A program made the position numbers and the translations under genes. A stretch of DNA of 64,000 nt from Dendrobates tinctorius (taxonomy: Eukaryota), in assembly GCF_039654945.1 (NCBI RefSeq), contig NW_027361696.1, positions 46,686,001 to 46,750,000 on the forward strand, read 5' to 3'. Position 1 is the first letter of the stretch. Every line of letters starts with the position of its first letter. Shown here piece after piece: positions 1 through 10,640 of this stretch. A model generated the notes under the pieces. The model had not been told where the DNA came from. It saw only the letters and a list, made by a program, of their open reading frames with translations, and ran no database searches.

Positions 1-1706
1 TGAGAGACTTTGTCAAATGCTTTGCTGAAGTCAAGATATACTATATCTACAGCATTTCCTTGATCCACCCAATCAGTGATACCGTCATAGAAGGAAATTA
101 AGTTAGTCTGACATGACTTATTAGTTACAAACCCATGCTGACTCTGTTTAATCACTTCATTCTTATCCAGGTATTGACATACATGTTGTTTAATAATTTG
201 TTCAAAGATGTTTCCTGGTATAGAAGTCAGACTCACCGGCCTATAGTTGCCTGGGTCCACCTTCTTCCCCTTTTTGAAGATAGGAACAACATTTGCTCTT
301 CTCCAGTCTTCTGGCACTTCTCCTGTTCTCCAAGAATTTTCAAAGATTATGGAGAGGGGTTCAAAAATTTCTTCTGCTATCTCCTTCAGTACTCTGGGGT
401 GTAATTCATCTGGACCTGGAGACTTGAATTCATTCAGGTTAGCTAAGTGTTTCCTCACTATCTTTCTGTTTATAGATATCCTGGATTCTTCTATTCCCTT
501 AATAGGACAGTGAATAACAGTTGATGTTACATTTCCTTTCTGAGAGAAAACAGATGCAAAATAGGAATTTAAAAGTTCAGCCTTCTCAACATCCTGTCTT
601 ACCATTTCATCATTTTCATCCTGTAAAAATCCTATAGCATCTTTGACTTTTCTTTTACTTTTGACATATCCCCAAAATCCTTTATTATTGCTTTTGACAT
701 CTCTTGCAAGCCTCAATTCATTTTCAGATTTAGATAATCTGATTTGTGCCCTGCAGGTTCTGCAGACAGCATTATATTCTTCTTTAGATATGCCTCCCTC
801 TTTCCATTTTATAAACATTTTTTTCTTCCTTTTTAGCATGTGCTTAAGTTCTGTGTTCATCCATCCTGGTTTCCTTAAATGCTTCCTATTCTTCCCTCTT
901 TTCGGAATTGTTAACAACTGTGCTTTGAGAATTTCATTTTTCAAGATTTCCCATTCTTCCTGGACATTTTTGTCTTTTAGGATATCCAGCCATTGGATCC
1001 CTCCAATTCTCTTTCTGAATCCCTTAAAATCTGCCTTTCTGAAATCTAACCTTGACGTCTGAGTCTTCACAGGTCTTCCGCCTCTAGTTATCCAAAATTC
1101 TAAAATAGCATGGTCGCTACCTCCTAGGGTCCCAGCCACTTTTACCTCCTCAACCATTTCCTCCCTGTTTATAAGGATTAGATCCAAGGTAGCAGTTCCC
1201 CTTGTTTTCTCCCTTACCTTTTGGAAGATAAAGTTGTCAGCAAGAGAGGATAAGAATTTCCTTGACCTGTTAGTTTTGCCTGAGAGAGATTCCCAACAAA
1301 TGTCTGGATAGTTGAAATCTCCCATGACAACTATGTCATATTTTTTGGAGAACTTGGCCATTTGATGCAGAAAGAGTTCATCCATATCTTCAGCTTGCAC
1401 AGGCGGCCTGTAGTAAATGCCTACAATGGTGTCCTTTCCATTGTTCTGTCCTTGTATTCTTACCCAAACAGTTTCCACAGAACTCCCAGTCTCTGAAGCT
1501 TCAATCTCTGTGCAGATATACGCGTTTCTAACATACAATGCAACACCTCCTCCTCGTTTATCAAGTCTGTTTCTTGCAAATAAGTTGTATCCTTCTAGTC
1601 TTGTATTCCAATCATGTGTATTGTCCCACCAAGTTTCAGTGATTCCAATGACATCATATTTCTTTTCCTGTGTTAGTAGTTCCAATTCTCCTTGTTTGTT
1701 GCCCAT
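1..1706 (-). CDS. CR1 ORF2 N-terminal part (APE endonuclease, start of RT), running off the window
   Basis: Reverse complement reads MGNKQGELELL...ITETWWD...GDFNYPDI...GSDHA...YLDFSKAFDKVS, matching ORF 6132..8864. Confidence 0.9.
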   Translation of the reverse strand, partial: MGNKQGELELLTQEKKYDVIGITETWWDNTHDWNTRLEGYNLFARNRLDKRGGGVALYVRNAYICTEIEASETGSSVETVWVRIQGQNNGKDTIVGIYYRPPVQAEDMDELFLHQMAKFSKKYDIVVMGDFNYPDICWESLSGKTNRSRKFLSSLADNFIFQKVREKTRGTATLDLILINREEMVEEVKVAGTLGGSDHAILEFWITRGGRPVKTQTSRLDFRKADFKGFRKRIGGIQWLDILKDKNVQEEWEILKNEILKAQLLTIPKRGKNRKHLRKPGWMNTELKHMLKRKKKMFIKWKEGGISKEEYNAVCRTCRAQIRLSKSENELRLARDVKSNNKGFWGYVKSKRKVKDAIGFLQDENDEMVRQDVEKAELLNSYFASVFSQKGNVTSTVIHCPIKGIEESRISINRKIVRKHLANLNEFKSPGPDELHPRVLKEIAEEIFEPLSIIFENSWRTGEVPEDWRRANVVPIFKKGKKVDPGNYRPVSLTSIPGNIFEQIIKQHVCQYLDKNEVIKQSQHGFVTNKSCQTNLISFYDGITDWVDQGNAVDIVYLDFSKAFDKVS

Positions 1707-1885
1707 GCTTTGTGCATTAGTATAGAAACATTTTAGTTTGTGATTGGTTTCTCTTTCTCCAATATTTTTATTAATTAGATTCTTTCGTATTTGTTCTTCC
1801 TTTCCATTTCTAATAGCAGAGTTCTCAATAGCATTTGTCAGGTGTATGGCTTTTTCTGGTCTTTTGCTTCCCTTCCCATGTTGTT

Positions 1886-2389
1886 CTAGTTTAAAGCTCT
1901 CCTTACAAGTGTAGCAAGGCGACTTCCAAATACATGCTTTCCAGTCTTCGTAAGGTGCACCCCATCTCTAGCAAGTAGTCCATCGTATAAGTAGTTCACT
2001 CCGTGATCCAGAAATCCAAATCGTTGCTGACGGCACCATCGACGTAGCCAGTTGTTCACCTGCAGAATCTTATTCCACCTCCTTGTTCCATGGCCATCCA
2101 CTGGGAGGATGGAAGAGAAGACCACCTGCGCTCCCAGTTCTTTCACTTTCTTGCCTAAGTCTTCAAAGTCTCTGCAGATGGTTTCCAGGTCATTTCTTGC
2201 GGTGTCATTTGTCCCCACATGTAGTAGCAGGAATGGGTAGTCATCTGTAGGTCTGAAGAGTCCTGCTATCCTGTCAGACACATCTTTAATTTTTGCACCT
2301 GGAAGACAGCACATTTCTCTTGAAGATATATCCGGTCTGCAGATAGCGGCCTCTGTTCCTCTCAACAGGGAATCCCCCATGACCACCAC
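1886..2389 (-). CDS. CR1 ORF1 C-terminal SGNH/GDSL-type esterase domain (partial)
   Basis: GDSLLRG, HVGTND and DGVHL motifs; ends RRALN* like ORF 4906..5952. Confidence 0.9.
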   Translation of the reverse strand: MVVMGDSLLRGTEAAICRPDISSREMCCLPGAKIKDVSDRIAGLFRPTDDYPFLLLHVGTNDTARNDLETICRDFEDLGKKVKELGAQVVFSSILPVDGHGTRRWNKILQVNNWLRRWCRQQRFGFLDHGVNYLYDGLLARDGVHLTKTGKHVFGSRLATLVRRALN

Positions 2390-2899
2390 TCTCCGTTAAA
2401 TAATGCGTACAGGCAAATATTTATTTTTTTACAAAAAAGCCCTGATAATACTTGTGGCACACGTCTGGCATGCATGTGCCGCATCCCTACCACAACGATG
2501 GGTGCCAGGGAAGAAGCTTTACTGTAAGTGCCTTTCCCAAGTGCTGGGTTCTGAACATGGTTTTCATCATTCTCCCCTGCTCTGCCAGCAATCGGCAGAA
2601 GCAGGGGACAATGATGAGAGCAAAGTTCAGCACCTGATGCCGGGTATCAGTGCTTACTGTAACTCTTCTTCGCAGCATCGATGCGTGTCACATGGATGAT
2701 ATCCATATATGTTATGTGTATGAACGTGTGCTGGATGTTTTGTGGCATATGCTAACATTATAAAATGGACATGTCAGTGTGTGTTGCCCATGAACACACC
2801 GTCCGCGGAAACACACTGACATATGCACAGACCCATTCTCTTGAATAGGCAAATAGCTCTCCATTCCTCCCAAGTCTCTCTGCATTATTAAGTAGCACT

Positions 2900-3907
2900 G
2901 TATAGCCACATATGGGGAATTGCCATGTTCAGCAGAAATTGTGGGACTAATTTGGCTGCCATTTTTACCCACTTCTTGTGTGAAAATCTAAAATCTTTGA
3001 CTAAAGCAAAATGTTGATGGTAAAAATGTTGTTTTTTGTCTTCACTGCCCAATGGCATAACATTCTGTGACACACCCATGGTGTCAAAATGATCACTGCA
3101 TTTAGACACATCAGGGGCTCTCCAAGCACGACATGGTGTCCGATCTTAATTACAGCTTATTTTGCGTTGAAAAATTCAAACAGTACTCCTTCCATTCCGA
3201 GCTCTGCCATGCACCCAAATAGTGCTTTACCTCCAGATATGTGGTATCAGCATACTCAGGACAAATTGCACAACATCTTTTGCATCCAATTTTTCCTGTT
3301 ACCCTTGGGAAAATAAAAAATTGGGGGTGAAAAAAATCATTTTTGTGAAAAAAATATGCTTTTTTATTTTTACGGCTCTACGTTATAAACTTCTGTGAAG
3401 CACTTGATGATTCAAAGTGCTCACCACAAATCTAGACAAGTTCCTTATGGGGTCTACTTTCCAAAATAGTGTCACTTGTGGGGGGTTTTCACTGTTTTTC
3501 ACTCCAAATGCAACATGGTGTCTCAATTCCAGCCACTTTTGCACTGAAAAGTCAAATGGTGCTCCTTCTCTTCCGAGCCCAGCCATGCACCCAAACAGTG
3601 GTTTACCTGCATATATGGGGTATCAGCGTGCGCAAGAGAAATTGCACAATAACTTTTGTGGTCCAATTTCTCCTGTTACCATTGGTAAAATCAAAAAAAT
3701 TTAATCTGAATTAAATTTTTGTGAATAAAGTTAAATGTTCATTATTTTAAACATTCAAAAAACTCCTGTGAAGCACCTGAAGGGTTAATAAACTTCTGGA
3801 ATGTGGTTTTGAGCACCTTGAGGGGTGCAGTTTTTACAATGGTGTCACTTTTGGGTATTTTCTGTCATATAGACCCCTCAAAGTGACTTCAAATGTGATG
3901 TGGTCAC
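2900..3907. repeat. Dispersed DNA-transposon-like repeat (possibly Kolobok-type), left part; host of the hAT insertion
   Basis: Internally repetitive (about 3100-3400 resembles 3500-3830). Resumes at 16341 after the TSD. A reverse-complement homolog lies at about 51700-51851. Left boundary approximate. Confidence 0.5.
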
Positions 3908-4549
3908 TAGTGTTGAGCGATACCATTCGATATCCAAAAATATCGTATCGGATGGTATCGCCCGATACGAAAAAAATATCGGGTATCGCCGATTCCCATA
4001 CCGGAAGTCCCATTCAAGTCAATGGGACTTCCGGTATCGGAATTAAAAAAAGCCCTTTATTTCCTTGTTGGCTAATTCTACATAATTGAAAACAAATAAG
4101 AATCATGTAGAATGTATTGTGGGAGGTGGAGGAGACATTAAAGGCATAATGGTTTATTCAAATCACATGGCATAGCATTAATTCCAATTTTTTTTTTCAA
4201 GACGTTCGCAGTTGAAAAGATATTGACTATGTTAACTTTTTTATATTTTGTCAGATATGTATGTTTCACAACTTCCATGCTCTTCACCTTCTTTTGTAGT
4301 TCTCCCACACTTTCTCCTTCATGATCCGCAGCAGTAGCATTTATTTCATCAACTTTTTCTTCACCTTATTCATCTTCTTCTTCTTCACCTTCTTCCCTTT
4401 ATTTTTTTTTCCATTCTTCATATTCTTCTTATTCAGCTATTATTAATTTTCATATGCTATTTCTTCATCTTCTTCCTATTCTTCTTTTTCTTCATTTTCT
4501 TATGGTGACAGGCATTCCTGTAGTACTTATCTATAAAAGTTATAAGATC

Positions 4550-4930
4550 AAACCAGGGGAAGAGTCTTGAGGAGATCATTTGCATATTCCCAGTGCCTTC
4601 TGGGATAAGTGAAGAGTCTCCGCGAGCTCAACGATCACTGGGTTTTGGCCGTTGCAGCTGAAAAGAGGAAATCGGAAAACCAGGGGAAGAGTCTTGAGGA
4701 GATCATTTGCATATTCCCAGTGCCTTCTGGGATAAGTGAAGAGTCTCCGCGAGCTCAACGATCACTGGGTTTTGGCCGTTGCAGCTGAAAAGAGGAAATC
4801 GGAAAACCAGGGGAAGAGTCTTGAGGAGATCATTTGCATATTCCCAGTGCCTTCTGGGATAAGTGAAGAGTCTCCGCGAGCTCAACGATCACTGGGTTTT
4901 GGCCGTTGCAGCTGAAAAGAGGAAATCGGA
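4550..4930 (+). promoter_or_regulatory. CR1 5' UTR: three 127-bp tandem monomers, each with an octamer ATTTGCAT and a GATAA site
   Basis: Unit AAACCAGGGGAAGAG...GGAAATCGG repeats at about 4550, 4677 and 4804. Identical short ORFs at 4576 and 4703 are offset by 127. Promoter function is inferred. Confidence 0.75.
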
Positions 4931-4989
4931 AAAACCGCGCGCCGATAGGCGGAGACTCTCATCTTTCATCGTTTTTAAGAAATCTCAAG

Positions 4990-5952
4990 ATGGAAGAGGC
5001 CAGGAGCCATTTGGTGAGCTGCATTTCTTGCTACATGTTCACAGACTTACCAGTGGAAAAGCCAAACTTCACATGCCACAAATGCAAGCTTGTGTCCCTG
5101 TTGGAGGAAAAGTTGCAAAATCTCGAAGAGAGGTTGGCTACGTTGAAGATCATTAAGGAAGGTGAAGAGTTCTTGGACAGAGCAGAATTATCTCTTCATG
5201 TTACAGAAAGAGAAGAAATTCGAAGTGCACCTGAAGAAACAGAGGAATGGAGACATGTGACCCAGAGAAGCAGGAGGATCAGGAGGCAGTCAGCACCCAT
5301 ACTGCTCAGAAACCAGTACCAGGCTCTCACGCAGGAAAATGATGAAGAAATACATCAGGATAAGACTTTGCCAACAAACAGCAACCTTGTACGCCTTCAG
5401 AGTCCTCCTGGATGGAGAAAGAAAAATGTTGTGAAGAAGAAACGGAGAGTGGTGGTCATGGGGGATTCCCTGTTGAGAGGAACAGAGGCCGCTATCTGCA
5501 GACCGGATATAACGTCAAGAGAAATGTGCTGTCTTCCAGGTGCAAAAATTAAAGATGTGTCTGACAGGATATCAGGACTCTTCAGACCTACAGATGACTA
5601 CCCATTCCTGCTACTACATGTGGGGACAAATGACACCGCAAGAAACGTCCTGGAAACCATCTGCAGAGACTTTGAAGACTTAGGCAAGAAAGTGAAAGAA
5701 CTGGGAGCGCAGGTGGTCTTCTCTTCCATCCTCCCAGTGGATGGCCATGGACCAAGGAGGTGGAATAAGATTCTGCAGGTGAACAACTGGCTACGTCGAT
5801 GGTGCCGTCAGCAACGATTTGGATTTCTGGATCACGGAGTGAACTACTTATACGATGGACTACTTGCTAGAGATGGGGTGCACCTTACGAAGACTGGAAA
5901 GCATGTATTTGGAAGTCGCCTTGCTACACTTGTAAGGAGAGCTTTAAACTAG
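4990..5952 (+). CDS. CR1 ORF1p (CxxC...CxxC zinc finger, leucine zipper, SGNH esterase)
   Basis: First in-frame ATG at 4990 (MEEARSH). CISC...CHKC, then heptad leucines LEEKLQNLEERL, then GDSL, GTND and DGVH motifs. Confidence 0.93.
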   Translation: MEEARSHLVSCISCYMFTDLPVEKPNFTCHKCKLVSLLEEKLQNLEERLATLKIIKEGEEFLDRAELSLHVTEREEIRSAPEETEEWRHVTQRSRRIRRQSAPILLRNQYQALTQENDEEIHQDKTLPTNSNLVRLQSPPGWRKKNVVKKKRRVVVMGDSLLRGTEAAICRPDITSREMCCLPGAKIKDVSDRISGLFRPTDDYPFLLLHVGTNDTARNVLETICRDFEDLGKKVKELGAQVVFSSILPVDGHGPRRWNKILQVNNWLRRWCRQQRFGFLDHGVNYLYDGLLARDGVHLTKTGKHVFGSRLATLVRRALN

Positions 5953-6131
5953 AACAACATGGGAAGGGAAGCAAAAGACCAGAAAAAGCCATACACCTGA
6001 CAAATGCTATTGAGAACTCTGCTAATAGAAGTGGAAAGGAAGAACAAAGACGAAAGAATCTAATTAATAAAAATATTGGAGAAAGAGAAACCAATCACAA
6101 ACTAAAATGTTTCTATACTAATGCACAAAGC

Positions 6132-8864
6132 ATGGGCAACAAACAAGGAGAATTGGAACTACTAACACAGGAAAAGAAATATGATGTCATTGGAATCACT
6201 GAAACTTGGTGGGACGATACACATGATTGGAATACAAGACTAGAAGGATACAACTTATTTGCAAGAAACAGACTTGATAAACGAGGAGGGGGTGTTGCAT
6301 TGTATGTTAGAAACGCGTATATCTGCACAGAGATTGAAGATTCAGAGACTGGGAGTTCTGTGGAAACTGTTTGGGTAAGAATACAAGGACAGAACAATGG
6401 AAAGGACACCATTGTAGGGATTTACTACAGGCCGCCTGTGCAAGCTGAAGATATGGATGAACTCTTTATGCATCAAATGGCCAAGTTCTCCAAAAAATAT
6501 GACATAGTTGTCATGGGAGATTTCAACTATCCAGACATTTGTTGGGAATCTCTCTCAGGCAAAACTAACAGGTCAAGGAAATTCTTATCCTCTCTTGCTG
6601 ACAACTTTATCTTCCAAAAGGTAGGGGAGAAAACAAGGGGAACTGCTACCTTGGATCTAATCCTTATAAACAGGGAGGAAATGGTTGAGGAGGTAAAAGT
6701 GGCTGGAACCCTAGGAGGTAGCGACCATGCTATTTTAGAATTTTGGATAACTAGAGGCGGAAGACCTGTGAAGACTCAGACGTCAAGGTTAGATTTCAGA
6801 AAGGCAGATTTTAAGGGATTCAGAAAGAGAATTGGAGGGATCCAATGGCTGGATATCCTTAAAGACAAAAATGTCCAGGAAGGATGGGAAATCTTGAAAA
6901 ATGAAATTCTCAAAGCACAGTTGTTAACAATTCCGAAAAGAGGGAAGAATAGGAAGCATTTAAGGAAACCAGGATGGGTGAACACAGAACTTAAGCACAT
7001 GCTAAAAAGGAAGAAAAAAATGTTTATAAAATGGAAAGAGGGAGGCATATCTAAAGAAGAATATAATGCTGTCTGCAGAATCTGCAGGGCACAAATCAGA
7101 TTAGCTAAAGCTGAAAATGAATTGAGGCTTGCAAGAGATGTCAAAAGCAATAATAAAGGATTTTGGGGATATGTCAAAAGTAAAAGAAAAGTCAAAGATG
7201 CTATAGGATTTTTACAGGATGAAAATGATGAAATGGTAAGACAGGATGTTGAGAAGGCTGAACTTTTAAATTCCTATTTTGCATCTGTTTTCTCTCAGAA
7301 AGGAAATGTAACACCAACTGTTATTCACTGTCCTATTAAGGGAATAGAAGAATCCAGGATATCTATAAACAGAAAGATAGTGAGGAAACACTTAGCTAAC
7401 CTAAATGAATTCAAGTCTCCAGGTCCAGATGAATTACACCCCAGAGTACTGAAGGAGATAGCAGAAGAAATTTCTGAACCACTCTCCATAATCTTTGAAA
7501 ATTCTTGGAGAACAGGAGAAGTGCCAGAAGACTGGAGAAGAGCAAATGTTGTTCCTATCTTCAAAAAGGGGAAGAAGGTGGACCCAGGCAACTATAGGCC
7601 GGTGAGTCTGACTTCTATACCAGGAAAGATCTTTGAACAAATTATTAAACAACATTTAAGTCAATACCTGGATAAGAATGAAGTGATCAAACAGAGTCAG
7701 CATGGGTTTGTAACTAATAAGTCATGTCAGACTAACTTAATTTCCTTCTATGACGGTATCACTGATTGGGTGGATCAAGGAAATGCTGTAGATATAGTAT
7801 ATCTTGACTTCAGCAAAGCATTTGACAAAGTCTCTCATACAATCCTTATTGAAAAAATGACTAAGTATGGAATGGACAAGGCAACTGTTAGGTGGATTCA
7901 TAGCTGGCTTAGTGATCGGACCCAAAGAGTGGTCGTAAATGGCTGCACATCCAGTTGGAAGAATGTCTCAAGTGGGGTACCACAGGGCTCTGTCCTGGGC
8001 CCTGTATTGTTCAACATCTTTATCAACGATTTAGATGAAGGAATTGAGGGTAAACTGATTAAATTTGCTGATGACACAAAGCTAGGAGGGATAGCTAATA
8101 CTAGAGAAGAGAGAGAGAGGATTCAAAAAGATTTAAATAAACTGGAGAAGTGGGCAGTAACTAACAGAATGGTTTTTAACAGGGAGAAATGCAAAGTACT
8201 ACATCTGGGCAATAAAAATGAAAAAAGCATATATAGAATGGGAGGAATAGGGCTAAGTGACAGCACATGTGAAAAAGACTTGGGTATACTAATAGATCAC
8301 AGACTGAATATGAGTCAACAGTGTGATGCAGCAGCAAAAAAGGCAAATGCAGTTCTAGGATGTATTAACAGAAGCATACAGTCTAGATCACGTGAAGTCA
8401 TTATTTCCCTCTACTCCTCTTTGGTCAGACCTCATCTGGAATATTGTGTCCAGTTTTGGGCACCACATTTTAAAAAAGACATCAACAAACTGGAGCAAGT
8501 TCAGAAAAGAGCGACCAGAATGGTGACCGGTCTGCAAACCCTGTCTTATGAGGAAAGGTTGCAGGATTTGGGAATGTTTAGTTTGCAAAAGAGAAGACTG
8601 AGAGGAGACTTAATTGCTGTCTACAAATATCTAAAGGGCTGTCACATTGTAGAAGGATCAACTTTATTCTCATTTGCACAAGGAAAGACTAGAAGCAATG
8701 GGATGAAACTGAATGGGAGGAGACACAGATTAGATATTAGAAAAAACTTTTTGACAGTTAGAGTGATCAATGAGTGGAACAGGCTGCCACGAGAAGTGGT
8801 GAGTTCTCCTTCAATGGAAGTCTTCAAACAGAGGCTGGACAGACATCTGACTGGGATGATTTAG
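6132..8864 (+). CDS. CR1 ORF2p (APE endonuclease plus reverse transcriptase); frame is open upstream to about 5871
   Basis: 910-aa ORF with ITETWW, GDFN and SDH endonuclease motifs; NYRPVSLT, LDFSKAFD, GVPQGSVLGP and FADD RT motifs; CR1-type C-terminus. Confidence 0.97.
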   Translation: MGNKQGELELLTQEKKYDVIGITETWWDDTHDWNTRLEGYNLFARNRLDKRGGGVALYVRNAYICTEIEDSETGSSVETVWVRIQGQNNGKDTIVGIYYRPPVQAEDMDELFMHQMAKFSKKYDIVVMGDFNYPDICWESLSGKTNRSRKFLSSLADNFIFQKVGEKTRGTATLDLILINREEMVEEVKVAGTLGGSDHAILEFWITRGGRPVKTQTSRLDFRKADFKGFRKRIGGIQWLDILKDKNVQEGWEILKNEILKAQLLTIPKRGKNRKHLRKPGWVNTELKHMLKRKKKMFIKWKEGGISKEEYNAVCRICRAQIRLAKAENELRLARDVKSNNKGFWGYVKSKRKVKDAIGFLQDENDEMVRQDVEKAELLNSYFASVFSQKGNVTPTVIHCPIKGIEESRISINRKIVRKHLANLNEFKSPGPDELHPRVLKEIAEEISEPLSIIFENSWRTGEVPEDWRRANVVPIFKKGKKVDPGNYRPVSLTSIPGKIFEQIIKQHLSQYLDKNEVIKQSQHGFVTNKSCQTNLISFYDGITDWVDQGNAVDIVYLDFSKAFDKVSHTILIEKMTKYGMDKATVRWIHSWLSDRTQRVVVNGCTSSWKNVSSGVPQGSVLGPVLFNIFINDLDEGIEGKLIKFADDTKLGGIANTREERERIQKDLNKLEKWAVTNRMVFNREKCKVLHLGNKNEKSIYRMGGIGLSDSTCEKDLGILIDHRLNMSQQCDAAAKKANAVLGCINRSIQSRSREVIISLYSSLVRPHLEYCVQFWAPHFKKDINKLEQVQKRATRMVTGLQTLSYEERLQDLGMFSLQKRRLRGDLIAVYKYLKGCHIVEGSTLFSFAQGKTRSNGMKLNGRRHRLDIRKNFLTVRVINEWNRLPREVVSSPSMEVFKQRLDRHLTGMI

Positions 8865-8920
8865 CGAATCCTGCTTTGAGCAGGGGGTTGGACCAGATGG
8901 CCCAGGAGGTCCCTTCCAAC

Positions 8921-8953
8921 TCTACGATTCTATGATTCTATGATTCTATGATT
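8921..8953 (+). repeat. CR1 3' terminal microsatellite (ATTCTATG)n
   Basis: TCTACG ATTCTATG ATTCTATG ATTCTATG ATT directly visible. Confidence 0.95.
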
Positions 8954-9359
8954 ACACCTTACGTTCTGCCTGTCACAAAAGATTTACAACAGGATTTGTC
9001 CGCGTTCAGTTTGGCCTGCAGCAGCAGGCATTTTCCAGGGGCACCACGAGGAGGAACGGACTCACCCCCATTTACTGCTTAGTCTTCTTCTGCTTATAAT
9101 TTTGATATCTTCTATGCTGATTTTTAGTCTTATGCTTAATGTTCTTCTGCTTTTGCTTCTTCTGCTTCTTGTTCTTCTGTCTTTTGTTCTGTATCTTGGT
9201 GGTTGTCTTCATGTTCTTTGTCCTCTTGGTCATATTATTTAGGGTCATATTTCTGGTCTTTGGTGTGGTCTTCAGGGTCGTCGTCATCAGGGTCGTCATC
9301 ATGGAGATCAATAAGGATTACCAAAGACAATTTCAAAAAGCTTGATCTTGGCAATGTAG

Positions 9360-10640
9360 CAGAAGGTGCAAGAAGGCTGAGAAACTGGCGAGAACCAGCT
9401 GACAGTACTGGAACCCATAGTGGCAGCAGAAGGAACAAGAGCCAATGGCACTACTGAGTAACAGCTGACGGTGCTGGACCCCGGTTACTATGCAGGAGGT
9501 ACCTGTGCTAGAAACCACTACCAAGGACCAGCTGACGTTGCTGGACCTCGGATACCGAGATGGAGGCACCTAGGCCAAAGGCTCTGGCGAGAACCAGCTG
9601 ACAGTGCTGGCACCCGGATGAGTAGCAGAAGGTACCCATCCAAAACAAAGTAGCCAGGCCGCAAGCCGGCCGCAGTTACCGAAACCCACAGTCCTACAGG
9701 GGGTCCATGTCCCATTGGCACTACGGATCCAGCCTTCAGTGCCAGATCCCGCAGTCCACATTGGAGTCACCTAAACTGCAAGCACCGAAAAGTCGGCTAA
9801 CCCGGCCGCAAGAGGACAGGACAACGGATTGGTGGCAAAGTGACCTTGACACTACCCGGAAACAGCTGGCGTGCTGAAAACAGGCTGGGCAACAGGGAGT
9901 ACCCGTGCCAAAGACACTGCCGAGAACCAGCTGACAGTGCTGGAACCCAGATGGGTAGCAAAAGCTACAAGAGCCAATGGCACTACCGAGGAACAGCTGA
10001 CGGTGCTGGACCACGGTTACTAGGCAGGAGGTACCTGTGCTAGAAAGCACTACCAAGGACCTGCTGACGTTGCTGGACCTCGGATACCGAGATGGAGGCA
10101 CCTAGGCCAAAGGCTCTGGCGAGAACCAGCTGACAGTGCTGGCACCCGGATGGGTAGCAGAAGGAACAAGAGCCAATGGCCCTACCGAGGACCAACTGAC
10201 GGTGCTGGACCACGGTTACTAAGCAGAAGGTACCTGTGCTAAAAAGCACTACCAAGGACCAGCTGATGTTGCTGGACCTCGGATACCGAGATGGAGGCAC
10301 CTAGGCCAAAGGCTCTGGCGAGGACCAGCTGACAGTGCTGGCACTCGGATGGGTAGCAGAAGGTACCCATCCAAAGCAAAGTAGCCAGGCCACAAGCCGG
10401 CTGCAGTTACCGAAACCCACAGTCCTACAGGGGGTCCATGTCCCATTGGCACTACGGATCCAGCCTTCAGTGCCAGATCCCGCAGTCCACATAGGAGTCA
10501 CCTAAACTGCAGGCACCGTAGAGTCGGCTAACCCAGCCGCAAGACGACAGGACAACGGATTGATGGCAAAGTGACCTTGACACTACCCGGAAACAGCTGG
10601 CGTGCTGGAACCAGGCTGGGCAGGAGGGAGTACCTGTGCC
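9360..10640. repeat. Internal tandem repeats of hAT copy 1: ~60-70-bp CAGCTGAC units within a 731-bp higher-order duplication
   Basis: Recurring GAACCAGCTGACAGTGCTGG. Near-identical ORFs at 9518 and 10249, and at 9570 and 10301, are each offset by 731. Confidence 0.85.

Larger units (their letters stand above)
1..2397 (-). mobile_element. CR1 LINE, 5'-truncated within ORF1; continues beyond the window start
   Basis: Near-identical reverse complement of about 5441-7840 of the full-length CR1. Homology ends abruptly at about 2397 (ACTCTCCGTT). Confidence 0.95.
4550..8953 (+). mobile_element. Full-length CR1 LINE, apparently intact
   Basis: 5' tandem monomers, ORF1 (zinc finger/leucine zipper plus esterase), ORF2 (APE plus RT), short 3' UTR with a GTTGG...CCAAC stem and an (ATTCTATG)n tail. 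Confidence 0.97.

Noticed and set aside
135-1725. Plus-strand ORFs of 88-139 aa, with mirrors at 6113-8827 on minus
   Set aside because: Antisense shadows of CR1 ORF2 with no independent coding signal.
4576-4885. Two identical 60-aa ORFs
   Set aside because: By-product of the 127-bp tandem monomers.
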